The translations under genes were made by a program, and so were the position numbers. Source: Actinomycetales bacterium (GTDB lineage Bacteria > Actinomycetota > Actinomycetes > Actinomycetales > Micrococcaceae). Taken from it: a stretch of 64,000 nucleotides of DNA. Shown here piece after piece: positions 38,671 to 47,966 of the stretch. Positions within the stretch are counted from its first letter, which is position 1. Each line of letters begins with the position of its first letter. Where the stretch lies: contig JBBSRM010000002.1 of NCBI GenBank assembly GCA_038243055.1, positions 3,380 to 67,379 on the forward strand, read 5' to 3'. The notes beneath the pieces were generated by a model that searched no databases, was not told where the DNA came from, and saw only the letters and a list, made by a program, of their open reading frames with translations.

Positions 38671-40002
38671 GTGTCTGTATTGATCGTCGGGGCCGGGCCT
38701 GCCGGCTCGACCGCAGCCAGCTACCTGGCCCGTGCCGGTATCGAGGTCACCGTCTTGGAGAAGACCTCCTTCCCCCGGGAGAAGGTCTGCGGTGATGCGT
38801 TGACCCCGCGCGCCGTCCGCGAACTCGCCCGCCTCGGCGTCGACCATTCCGAAAACGGCATCTGGCGCCGGAACCAGGGGCTGCGTCTGGTCGCCGGCGG
38901 ACGTTCGTTGGAGATCCCCTGGCCCGAACTCAGCGACTTCCCCGACTACGGGCTGATCCGTACCCGTGAGGGATTCGACGAAACACTCGCCCGTCACGCC
39001 CAGGCCGGTGGCGCCCGCGTGCTGGAACGCCACGGCGTTTCCGAAGTGGTCCGGGACGCGACCGGCCGTGTCACCGGGGTCATCGCGAACATCCTGGACG
39101 AGCGGGGCCGCAAGACGGGCCAGACCCGTGAGTTCCGTGCCGACATCGTCCTGGCCGCCGACGGGAACTCGACGCGTACAGCGGTCAGTAGCGGACTACA
39201 TAAACGGGATGACCGTCCAATGGGCGTGGCCTACAGGACGTACTTCACCTCGCCCCGACACGACGACGACTGGATGGAAGGTTGGCTCGAACTGCCGGAT
39301 AAGTCGGGGCGCCCGCTGCCCGGCTACGGATGGGTGTTCGGGGTCGGCGACGGAACCTCCAACGTCGGACTGGGCATCCTGAACTCCACGCGCGAGTTCG
39401 GCAAGATGGACTACCGCCAGGTGCTGCGCGATTGGACCGCCGGCATGCCCGGGGAGTGGGGGTTCACCCCGGAGAATCAGGTCGGTCCGATCCGCGGCGC
39501 CGCACTTCCGATGGGGTTCAACCGCACCCCGCACTACACCCCGGGGCTGATGCTGCTCGGCGATGCCGGCGGCATGGTCTCTCCGTTCAACGGCGAAGGG
39601 ATCAGCTACGCGATGGAATCGGCCCGGATGGCGGCCGAACTGATCATCGACGCCCGTTCGGGTCTACACGGTACGACGCCGGGATCCCGTGAGACGCTGT
39701 TGGCTTCCTACCCTGACGTGGTGAGGAACGCCTGGGGCAGCCACTTCACCCTCGGCCGCATGTTTGCGCGGCTCATCGGCAACCCGAAGATCATGAAACT
39801 GGCCCTGCGCACCGGCATGAGTACACCGGTGCTGATGCGGTTCGTCGTGCGGATGCTCGCCAACCTCACCGACGACGGCGGACGCTCTTTTGAGGATAGA
39901 GTGATCCATGTGCTGGAACGGTTGGCCCCGCCCACGGGCAACCGGCAGGCTCAAAGGGCACGGCCCGAGAAACGACCCACCCAGATGACAAGCAGGTCCT
40001 AG
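38671..40002 (+). CDS. menJ: Geranylgeranyl reductase family, menaquinone reductase (MenJ-like)
   Basis: GAGPAG, FPREKVCGD, GYGWVF, GDAGGMVSPFNGEGISYA; lies between menG and the polyprenyl synthase. Confidence 0.8.
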   Translation: MSVLIVGAGPAGSTAASYLARAGIEVTVLEKTSFPREKVCGDALTPRAVRELARLGVDHSENGIWRRNQGLRLVAGGRSLEIPWPELSDFPDYGLIRTREGFDETLARHAQAGGARVLERHGVSEVVRDATGRVTGVIANILDERGRKTGQTREFRADIVLAADGNSTRTAVSSGLHKRDDRPMGVAYRTYFTSPRHDDDWMEGWLELPDKSGRPLPGYGWVFGVGDGTSNVGLGILNSTREFGKMDYRQVLRDWTAGMPGEWGFTPENQVGPIRGAALPMGFNRTPHYTPGLMLLGDAGGMVSPFNGEGISYAMESARMAAELIIDARSGLHGTTPGSRETLLASYPDVVRNAWGSHFTLGRMFARLIGNPKIMKLALRTGMSTPVLMRFVVRMLANLTDDGGRSFEDRVIHVLERLAPPTGNRQAQRARPEKRPTQMTSRS

Positions 40003-40006
40003 AACC

Positions 40007-41104
40007 GTGAATGATTCCCCGACCAATTGGACGACCGCCGGACACGGTGTGCACGAATCCGTTGACTTGTTCGCGGATACCTCGGCGATCGCCGCGGGCA
40101 TCAACCTGCCTCCGGGATTCCGTGCCGTCGCCGAAGACGCCGATTTCGGCCCCGCCATCTCCCAGGGCATGGCCAAGGTCGAGAAGGCGCTGCGCGCAGC
40201 CGTCGCCAATTCCGATCCCCTCATCGATGCCACGAGCAGCCACCTGGTCGAAGCCGGCGGCAAACGCGTGCGCCCGCTGCTGGTCATCCTGACCTCGCTA
40301 CTGGGCGAGGGCGTGACCGCCGAGACCATCAAGGCGGCCACCATCGTCGAGCTCACCCACCTGGCGACGCTCTACCATGACGATGTCATGGACTCGGCCT
40401 CCTACCGCCGAGGGGCCCCCACCGCCCACGAGGTCTGGGGTAACTCCACCGCCATCCTCACCGGCGACCTGATCTTCGCTCGTGCATCGGTCATCGGCTC
40501 CGAACTCGGGGCGAAGGCCGTCGAGCTACAGGCCAAAACGTTCGAGCGTCTCTGCCTGGGACAACTGCACGAAACGGTGGGACCCCGCGACGGGGAGGAC
40601 CCGGTGGCGCACTACCTCGACGTGATCGGGGACAAGACGGCATCGCTGATCTCCACCTCGGGTGTCTTCGGTGCCCTCTACGGCGGGGCCAGCGAGCATG
40701 TTGACGTCATGCGCGACTACGGCGAAAAGGTCGGCGTGGCCTTCCAGCTGGCCGACGACGTCATCGACGTCACCGGCGCGCAGGTGCGTTCGGGCAAGAC
40801 CCCCGGAACCGACCTGCGTGAAGGCGTCCCCACGCTTCCGGTGCTGTTGTTGCGTGACGCCTCCGCGGCGGGGGACACCTCCGCGACCGACGTGTTGAGC
40901 CTGGTCGACGGAGATCTGTCCAGTGACGAGGATCTGGCCCGGACCGTGGCGGCCCTGGCTGCCCATGAAGTCACACAGAAGTCCTGGGCGGTGGCCCGCC
41001 AATGGTCCGCCGACGCCATCGAGGCGCTGGCCCCCTTGCCCGAAGGACCGGTGAAGTCCTCACTGGCCGCCTTCGCCCATGCCGTGGTCTCGCGGGAGAA
41101 CTAG
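40007..41104 (+). CDS. Polyprenyl (heptaprenyl-type) diphosphate synthase
   Basis: GGKRVRP, HDDVMD…RRG, FQLADDVID. Confidence 0.92.
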   Translation: MNDSPTNWTTAGHGVHESVDLFADTSAIAAGINLPPGFRAVAEDADFGPAISQGMAKVEKALRAAVANSDPLIDATSSHLVEAGGKRVRPLLVILTSLLGEGVTAETIKAATIVELTHLATLYHDDVMDSASYRRGAPTAHEVWGNSTAILTGDLIFARASVIGSELGAKAVELQAKTFERLCLGQLHETVGPRDGEDPVAHYLDVIGDKTASLISTSGVFGALYGGASEHVDVMRDYGEKVGVAFQLADDVIDVTGAQVRSGKTPGTDLREGVPTLPVLLLRDASAAGDTSATDVLSLVDGDLSSDEDLARTVAALAAHEVTQKSWAVARQWSADAIEALAPLPEGPVKSSLAAFAHAVVSREN

Positions 41105-41136
41105 CTCGACGGTCCGGCTCGCACCGAACCCGGGAT

Positions 41137-41622
41137 TCAACCGAGTTTCGCGAGGGCTGCAGAGAGTTCCCGGGCCTTGCGGGCCCTGATGCCAGCGGGC
41201 ACCCGGTGGCGTAGCTGGCGGTACAGGTTGTCGTCCGAATAGCGCGGAAAAACATGCTGGTGGTAATGCCAGACATGCTGGTTTCCGGCCGGCTCATTAT
41301 GTTGCCGCGTCGAGGTCCCCTCGGGATTCCACGCCAGTTTCATGGCCAACGCAAGTTTGCGTGTCATGGTCATGATGGCGGACCCCACGGCATCGTCCAG
41401 ATCGTAGAGGGACTCCAGATGGGCTGCGGGAATGACCATCGCATGCCCGCCGTAGTCACCGAATCCGTCGCAGGCCATGATGACGGCGACCGTCTGGTCG
41501 CTGTACACCAGATCGGTCGACACGCACAGGTTGTCTTCCGAGAGCGGCCCGCCGGCCAGTAGCTCGCAGAAGGGGCAGTTGTACCCAGGCGGCTCATGAC
41601 TTCCATGGGGGTGCACCGGCAC
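41137..41622 (-). CDS. HIT-family hydrolase
   Basis: CPFC, GHAMVIP, QHVWHYHQHVFPRY histidine triad. Confidence 0.88.
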   Translation of the reverse strand: MPVHPHGSHEPPGYNCPFCELLAGGPLSEDNLCVSTDLVYSDQTVAVIMACDGFGDYGGHAMVIPAAHLESLYDLDDAVGSAIMTMTRKLALAMKLAWNPEGTSTRQHNEPAGNQHVWHYHQHVFPRYSDDNLYRQLRHRVPAGIRARKARELSAALAKLG

Positions 41623-41627
41623 GTGCG

Positions 41628-42062
41628 CTAGACCTCCAGTTCGGGTTCCAGCTCCTCGAAGACCCACTCGAACATATCGAGTACGTATTCGCTGAAGGTC
41701 CCCTCCTCGCTGTCCCATGATCCGTTGGAATTACGACGACGGTGGACGATCGGGTCCGGGATGTCCAACTGGTCCGCGCGGAAGCCCCAGACATACTGTT
41801 CGTCCTCGTCTTCCATGAACAGCAGGTACCCGTCCTCGATCTCCAGTTCGTCCGGGTCGAAGAAGAAGTAGTAGGCCTCCATGATGTCGTCGCAGGCGCC
41901 GACCGCCAGATAGAACTCCTCGAGTACCTGGGGGATCTCGACGCCGGCGTCCGAGAGCTCGTCACCCAGCTCTTCGGAGGTCAACCCGTCCTGTGAAACC
42001 CACTGGTCATCAAGGTATTTGGGAATCAGGGAACGGAACTTCTCCACGAACATTTCAGCCAT
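41628..42062 (-). CDS. Acidic SMI1/KNR4 (SUKH)-like protein
   Basis: GL..EEL…GVEIPQVLEEFY, YLLFMED, WGF….DP.V, W….TFSEY pattern; TAGTAT -10 six nt before ATG. Confidence 0.6.
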   Translation of the reverse strand: MAEMFVEKFRSLIPKYLDDQWVSQDGLTSEELGDELSDAGVEIPQVLEEFYLAVGACDDIMEAYYFFFDPDELEIEDGYLLFMEDEDEQYVWGFRADQLDIPDPIVHRRRNSNGSWDSEEGTFSEYVLDMFEWVFEELEPELEV

Positions 42063-42087
42063 GCCTAAATACTATCCGTCCCGGGAC

Positions 42088-43494
42088 TCAGTAGACGTCG
42101 CGGGCCGAGAGAGCCAGCCACAACTGGACCCGATCCGGGGTGTTCGACGGGTCATAACCACTGAGATCGGCGATCTGCTGTAGTCGGTACCGGACGGTGT
42201 TGCGGTGCAGGCCCAGCGCTTCGGCGACGGTGCCGACGCTGCCATTGAGCTCCAGGAACCGTCGCAGCGTGAGCATCAGGTCGGAGCCGTGCGCAGCATC
42301 GAAATCCGTCAACGGTTCCAGCGCCTCGGCCGCCAGGGCCTGCAACGGCACGTCATGGGCGGCCAAAAGCAGCGACGTCAACGAAATCCTCGACGGGTGG
42401 TTGATCCGGGCCCCATGGCGAAGCGCCTCGATGGCTTCAAAATAGCTCCACCGCAGGCCCGTCACCTGGGCATAGGAACCGCCGTAGGACACCCTGGCCG
42501 GGATGCCCGCACCCGAGAGGTAGGCGGCGAACTCCGTGGCAGCCGCCTCACCGTCCCCGGCATCCAGGACCACTGCGAGCCGGTCCTCCACCATCGCAGA
42601 AACCCCCTTCTCCCGTCCGGGCGGCAGCGGCAAGGTGGACAGCGCGCGGCTGTTCGGCCTGACCGCCTCGACCAGCAGTAGGGTGTGGGCGGTGTGGGGG
42701 GTGATGCCGATCGATTGCAGCCGCAGAGCGGCATCCTGGCCCTCGACCGTTCCGCGGGTGAGGTCGGTGAGGACCTGCCCGCTGGTGGTTCGGCGGGATT
42801 CACGTAGCCGGGCCCTGCCGGCCAGTTCGACGCTGATCAACGACTGGGCGTATTCGATGAGACCCCCACCGGCGTCCTGGCCTTCCAGGAACAAGGTGCA
42901 GCGATCCTGCAGTCCGGTGGAAACAGGTATGCTCTGCCAGCCCTCGGCAGCGGGGGCCGGACCGTGGATCCGGGCACCGTATTGGGTGAGTGAAACGGGG
43001 CGCTGGAGTTGGCGACATAGTTCTCGCAGCAGTGGGTGCAGGCCGCCGCCCAGGAGTGCGGAGGCCAGCCGTTGGTGGCCCTGCAGCAGTCGTTCCATGC
43101 GGGCGACGTTCTCAGCGGCCAGTGCTTCGGCCACGAGCCGGGTGATGGCCACGAATGGTGTCTCGTAGGGCACCTCGAACAGCGGCAGGCCCACCTCCAT
43201 GGCACGCCGGATGACAGCTGCAGGAACCTTGGTGTGGGTCAGCCCCGTGCCGTACCCCAAGGCCAGGACACCGGCCCGGACGGCATGGTCGACGAACTCG
43301 GTCTGGGAGGCGACGGTCTTCTGACGGACGCCGGTGGTCAGCAGGACCTCGCCGCCGGCCAGGAACGGTGTGGGGTCCACCAATTCGGTGACGGCGGCCC
43401 AGGAGAGGGGGCTGTCTCCGGTGTCGTCGGCCCCGGTGAGGGGTCTCAGATTCAGGGTGGGGGAGGACAGGAGTCCGAAAAGCGTCATCGCCAT
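42088..43494 (-). CDS. PucR-family transcriptional regulator
   Basis: WAAVTELVDPTPFLAGGEVLLTTG N-domain; LHRNTVRYRL C-terminal HTH. Confidence 0.92.
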   Translation of the reverse strand: MAMTLFGLLSSPTLNLRPLTGADDTGDSPLSWAAVTELVDPTPFLAGGEVLLTTGVRQKTVASQTEFVDHAVRAGVLALGYGTGLTHTKVPAAVIRRAMEVGLPLFEVPYETPFVAITRLVAEALAAENVARMERLLQGHQRLASALLGGGLHPLLRELCRQLQRPVSLTQYGARIHGPAPAAEGWQSIPVSTGLQDRCTLFLEGQDAGGGLIEYAQSLISVELAGRARLRESRRTTSGQVLTDLTRGTVEGQDAALRLQSIGITPHTAHTLLLVEAVRPNSRALSTLPLPPGREKGVSAMVEDRLAVVLDAGDGEAAATEFAAYLSGAGIPARVSYGGSYAQVTGLRWSYFEAIEALRHGARINHPSRISLTSLLLAAHDVPLQALAAEALEPLTDFDAAHGSDLMLTLRRFLELNGSVGTVAEALGLHRNTVRYRLQQIADLSGYDPSNTPDRVQLWLALSARDVY

Positions 43495-43614
43495 GCCGGC
43501 CAGTCTAGTCGGTGGTTGTGCATTGGCCTCACGAGTGCGGTGTTCTTTGGGTGTTGTGACGAACGCGACCCGGGGTAATTGTGACGAGCGCAACAGCGGC
43601 TTACGGTGTATGAC

Positions 43615-45216
43615 ATGACCACTCCATCTCAGGCCGGGGCAGCGACAGCCAAGAGCCACAAACGAGAAACGTTCTCCTCGCGCAAGTTGTTCATCATTTC
43701 GGCCATCGGTTCCGCCGTTGGCTTGGGCAACATCTGGCGCTTCCCCTACGTTGCCTACGAAAACGGTGGCGGTGCCTTCCTGATCCCGTATTTGGTGGCC
43801 TTGCTGACGGCAGGCATCCCCCTGCTCTTCCTGGACTACGCAGTGGGACATAAGTACCGTGGGTCCGCCCCGCTGGCCTACCGGCGCATGCACCGCGCCG
43901 CCGAACCGCTGGGCTGGTGGCAGGTACTGATCTGCTTCGTCATCGCCATCTACTATGCGGTCATCATCGCGTGGGCGGCGATGTACACGATCTTCTCCTT
44001 CAACAAGGCCTGGGGCGACGACGCGGACGCCTTCTTCTCCAGCGACTTCCTCAAGGTCGCCGAAGTCCCCGGCCTCAGCTTCGACTACGTTCCCGGCGTC
44101 CTGATCCCGCTGTTCGTGGTGTGGGCGGTGATCATCGCCATCATGGTGCTGGGTGTCCGGCGCGGAATCTCGAAAGCCAACAGCATCTTCCTGCCGTTGC
44201 TCGTGGTCATGTTCATCATCCTGGTCGTCCAGGCGCTCTTCCTGCCCGGTGCCATGGAAGGTCTGAACGCCTTCTTCACCCCGAACTGGGGCGCACTGGC
44301 CGACCCCGGAGTGTGGGCTGCGGCCTACGGGCAGATCTTCTTCTCCCTCTCCGTCGCCTTCGGCATCATGATCACGTACTCCTCCTACCTCAAGCGCAAG
44401 ACCGACCTGACAGGATCCGGATCCGTTGTGGCGTTCGCCAACTCGGGCTTCGAACTGCTCGCCGGCATCGGCGTCTTCGCGGTGCTGGGATTCATGGCGC
44501 AGGCCCAAAACGTCGCTATCGACGAAGTTGTCGACGGCGGCATCGGCCTGGCCTTCGTGGCCTTCCCGACGATCGTCTCGCAGGCACCATTTGGGTCGGT
44601 CCTGGGCGTGCTGTTCTTCGGGGCACTGGTCTTCGCCGGCATCACGTCGCTGATCTCCATCCTGGAGGTGATCGTCGCGGCCATCCAGGACAAGCTGGCC
44701 TGGGGGCGGGTTGCGTCGACGCTGGTGGTGACCGTGCCCATCGCCATGATCTCGCTGCTGCTCTTCCCCACCACCACGGGGCTGCAGCTGCTGGATACCA
44801 CCGATGCTTTCGTGAACAGCTTCGGCATCATGGCCGTCGCCTTGGCCGCGGTCGTCGTCGTGTCGGTCGGGGTCAATAAGCTGCCGGTCCTGCACGCACA
44901 CCTCAACCGCACGTCCAGCCTGAAAATGGGCGGGCTCTGGCGGGTGCTTCTCGGTGGCCTGACGCCCATCGTGCTCGGCTACATCCTGATCTCCGAGCTG
45001 CAGGCCAAGGCCACGGAGCAGTACAGCGGGTACCCGGCATGGTTCAACGGGGTCTTCGGCTGGGGCATGGCCGGCTCCCTGATCGTGCTGGCCCTGCTGC
45101 TCACGCTCATTCCCTGGAGCCGCAACTCCAAGGCCAATAACGACCCGGAATACGATGCAGTCAAGGCCGCCGAGGATCAACAGGCGGCCGCGGAAAACGA
45201 GGAGACCCTGCGATGA
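43615..45216 (+). CDS. Sodium-dependent NSS-family transporter (MetP-like)
   Basis: GSAVGLGNIWRFPY…GGGAFLIPY, QIFFSLS. Confidence 0.93.
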   Translation: MTTPSQAGAATAKSHKRETFSSRKLFIISAIGSAVGLGNIWRFPYVAYENGGGAFLIPYLVALLTAGIPLLFLDYAVGHKYRGSAPLAYRRMHRAAEPLGWWQVLICFVIAIYYAVIIAWAAMYTIFSFNKAWGDDADAFFSSDFLKVAEVPGLSFDYVPGVLIPLFVVWAVIIAIMVLGVRRGISKANSIFLPLLVVMFIILVVQALFLPGAMEGLNAFFTPNWGALADPGVWAAAYGQIFFSLSVAFGIMITYSSYLKRKTDLTGSGSVVAFANSGFELLAGIGVFAVLGFMAQAQNVAIDEVVDGGIGLAFVAFPTIVSQAPFGSVLGVLFFGALVFAGITSLISILEVIVAAIQDKLAWGRVASTLVVTVPIAMISLLLFPTTTGLQLLDTTDAFVNSFGIMAVALAAVVVVSVGVNKLPVLHAHLNRTSSLKMGGLWRVLLGGLTPIVLGYILISELQAKATEQYSGYPAWFNGVFGWGMAGSLIVLALLLTLIPWSRNSKANNDPEYDAVKAAEDQQAAAENEETLR

Positions 45217-45353
45217 CACCCATTGCGATCACCATGCTCATCATTGCCATCGTGACGGTCTGGGGCGGTCTGGCGCTAGCGCTGATCAACCTGTCCCGGC
45301 ACCCCGAGGAGCCGGAGGACGACCTGCCCGAGACCATCGCGCCCGAACTATAG
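45213..45353 (+). CDS. NSS transporter small subunit (MetS-like), 46 aa
   Basis: MTPIAITMLIIAIVTVWGGLALALINLSRHPEEPEDDLPETIAPEL; ATGA overlap with the transporter; below the ORF-track size cutoff. Confidence 0.85.
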   Translation: MTPIAITMLIIAIVTVWGGLALALINLSRHPEEPEDDLPETIAPEL

Positions 45354-45364
45354 CGTCTTCCCGC

Positions 45365-45414
45365 GACGGCGGCGCTCCTCATCCCTTCCGGGGAAACGGA
45401 GCGCCGCCGTCTTT
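45365..45414 (+). terminator. Stem-loop terminator
   Basis: GACGGCGGCGCTCC … GGAGCGCCGCCGTC followed by TTT. Confidence 0.65.
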
Positions 45415-45544
45415 GTGCTGTGCGGATGCATAACGCATCACAGGCAGCCCTGTGCCAAGCACCCTAGCTTCCGTCGAACGGCTGACCGTAGGCTCGATGC
45501 CGATGCATGACCCCAGACGCAGTACCGAATGGAAGGAAGCCGCC

Positions 45545-46885
45545 GTGGAGATCGAATACCGGCTCGAACAAAAGCGCAACATCACCGGGACGTTCCCCGG
45601 TCCCGCCTCCCTGGCCCTGGCCGAACGTCGCGCCGCGACCGTGGCGGCCGGCGTCGCCTCCTCCGTGCCGGTCTATGCCGCCGACGCCGATGGCGGGGTC
45701 ATCGTGGACGTCGACGGGAACTCGTTCATCGATTTGGGCTCCGGCATCGCGGTGACGACCGTGGGCGCCTCCAACCAGAAGGTCGCTGCCGCGGTCAGCG
45801 AGCAGACGGCGCGCTTCAACCACACCTGTTTCATGGTCACCCCCTACGAGGGCTATGTGGAACTGGCCGAGAAGCTGGCCGAGCTGACCCCCGGCGAGCA
45901 CGCCAAGAAGAGCGTGTTCTTCAACTCCGGCGCCGAGGCCGTGGAGAACGCCGTGAAGATCGCCCGGGTCGCCACCGGCCGGACCGCCGTGGTCGCCTTC
46001 GACCACGCCTACCATGGCCGTACCAACCTCACCATGGGCCTGACCGCCAAGGCGGCCCCCTATAAGCGTGGTTTCGGGCCGTTGGCTTCGGAGATCTACC
46101 GGATGCCGATGAGCTACCCGTTCCGTGAGGAAAACCCGAACATCTCCGGCAAGGAAGCCGCCGAACGGGCCATTCTGTCGATGGAAAAGCAGATCGGTGG
46201 CGACCAGATCGCCGCGATCATCATCGAACCGATCCAAGGTGAAGGCGGTTTCATCGTCCCCGCCGCAGGATTCCTGCCGCGCATCGCCGAATGGGCGAAG
46301 GAACAAGGCGTCGTCTTCATCGCCGACGAGGTCCAGTCCGGCTTCTGCCGTACCGGTGACTGGTTCGCGGTGAACCACGAATCCGTGGTCCCCGACGTCA
46401 TCACCCTGGCCAAGGGCATCGCCGGTGGACTGCCGCTTTCGGCTGTCACCGGCCGGGCCGAACTACTCGATGCAGTGCACCCCGGCGGATTGGGCGGAAC
46501 CTATGGCGGCAACCCGGTGGCCGTCGCCGCGGGGCTGGCTGCCGTGGACTACATGGCGGAAGCGGACCTGAACGGCCGCGCCCGCGCCATCGAGGAGACC
46601 TTCTATACCCGTCTGCGCCCGCTGCAGAAGGAACTGCCGGCCATCGGCGACCTGCGTGGCCGTGGAGCCATGCTGGCCATCGAATTCGTCAAGGCCGGTG
46701 GGACGGAGCCGGATGCCGAGGTGACCCGGAAGATTGCCGCTGACTGCCTGGCCGCCGGGGTCATCATCCTGACCTGTGGCACCTACGGCAACGTGGTGCG
46801 CCTGTTGCCTCCGCTGGTGATTTCCGACGAGCTGTTGGCCGACGCATTCGACGTGCTGGAGGAAGCCATTCGCAAGCACGCCTGA
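45545..46885 (+). CDS. gabT: 4-aminobutyrate aminotransferase
   Basis: DVDGNSFIDLGSGIAV, HTCFMV, NSGAEAVENA, EPIQGEGG, DEVQSG, LAKGIAGG, GGTYGGNP. Confidence 0.92.
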   Translation: MEIEYRLEQKRNITGTFPGPASLALAERRAATVAAGVASSVPVYAADADGGVIVDVDGNSFIDLGSGIAVTTVGASNQKVAAAVSEQTARFNHTCFMVTPYEGYVELAEKLAELTPGEHAKKSVFFNSGAEAVENAVKIARVATGRTAVVAFDHAYHGRTNLTMGLTAKAAPYKRGFGPLASEIYRMPMSYPFREENPNISGKEAAERAILSMEKQIGGDQIAAIIIEPIQGEGGFIVPAAGFLPRIAEWAKEQGVVFIADEVQSGFCRTGDWFAVNHESVVPDVITLAKGIAGGLPLSAVTGRAELLDAVHPGGLGGTYGGNPVAVAAGLAAVDYMAEADLNGRARAIEETFYTRLRPLQKELPAIGDLRGRGAMLAIEFVKAGGTEPDAEVTRKIAADCLAAGVIILTCGTYGNVVRLLPPLVISDELLADAFDVLEEAIRKHA

Positions 46886-46912
46886 CGTACCGATGCGATG
46901 CCCGGCGCCGGA

Positions 46913-47920
46913 TCAGCCCTTGGCTGGTCCGGCGCCGTCGTGTTTTAGGACGGTAGCGGATGCGGCACGGCGGGCCATCCGGGGAGGACCCGGTCGGCGC
47001 AACATGTCGACAGCCACCAGGACGATGGCCACCCAGACGAGGGCGAACCCGGCGAGCCGTTCAGGTGGCATGGCCTCTCCGAAGATCGCCACGGCAATGA
47101 TGAACTGCATCACCGGGTTCAGGAACTGCAGCGTCCCCAGGGTGCTCAGCGGCAGTCGTCGGGCCGCGCCGCCGAAGAGCAGCAGGGGTACCGCGGTGAC
47201 GATGCCGCTGGCCGCCATGAGCCAGAAGTGTCCCGAACCGTTGCTCAGCACCGTGGACTCGCCCCGGGACATCAGCCACCCCAGATAAACCAGGGCCGGA
47301 ACCGTCAGGAAGGCCGTCTCGACGGTCAGGCTGGTCACGGCCGTGGCGGTGCGCCCCACGCGGTTCTTCACGAAGCCGTAGAGGCCGAAGGAGAAGGCCA
47401 GGGTCAACGCAATCACCGGCACCGAGCCGTAGGCGAAGGTCAGCACGAGTACCGCTGCGAGTCCGAAACCAAGGGCCGTCCATTGCAGACGGGTCAGTCG
47501 TTCCTTCAGGAAGACCACTCCCAGCCCGGCGGAGACCAGCGGGTTGATGAAGTAGCCCAGCGAGGCCTCCACCGCGTGCCCGTTGAGCACGGCAAAGGCG
47601 TAGGTAACCCAGTTCACGGTGATCAGCACCGCGGCGAGCGCGAGGCGTCGCAGGGCCGGGTGGTCGTGCGAAAGTACGCGCAGGTCGTTCCAACTGCGGG
47701 TGAAGGTGATGAGGATGAGGCAGAAGACCAGACTGAACACGATCCGGTTGGCGACGATCTCGGTGGGCGAGGCGATCGCGATGGTCATGAAGTACAGCGG
47801 CATCAGGCCCCACAGCCCGTAGGCGCCGAGCCCCTGGCCCAACCCGGCACGGCTCGGAAGTGGCGCAGTACTGGTCATCCCAGGGCGTACAGGGGCTTCG
47901 GAGGCGCTCTCATGGGACAT
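46913..47920 (-). CDS. rarD: RarD-family DMT permease
   Basis: AYGLWGLMPLYF, EASLGYFINPL, SFGLYG. Confidence 0.9.
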   Translation of the reverse strand: MSHESASEAPVRPGMTSTAPLPSRAGLGQGLGAYGLWGLMPLYFMTIAIASPTEIVANRIVFSLVFCLILITFTRSWNDLRVLSHDHPALRRLALAAVLITVNWVTYAFAVLNGHAVEASLGYFINPLVSAGLGVVFLKERLTRLQWTALGFGLAAVLVLTFAYGSVPVIALTLAFSFGLYGFVKNRVGRTATAVTSLTVETAFLTVPALVYLGWLMSRGESTVLSNGSGHFWLMAASGIVTAVPLLLFGGAARRLPLSTLGTLQFLNPVMQFIIAVAIFGEAMPPERLAGFALVWVAIVLVAVDMLRRPGPPRMARRAASATVLKHDGAGPAKG

Positions 47921-47966
47921 ACCCTTGGCAACCCGTGGCGCCTCCGGCCTATTCCGCATTCCGGGG

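Noticed and set aside
42088-45219. 1043-aa minus-strand ORF
   Set aside because: Only the last 468 aa are PucR. The extension is the antisense shadow of the NSS transporter, and a leaderless promoter sits at 43502-43507.
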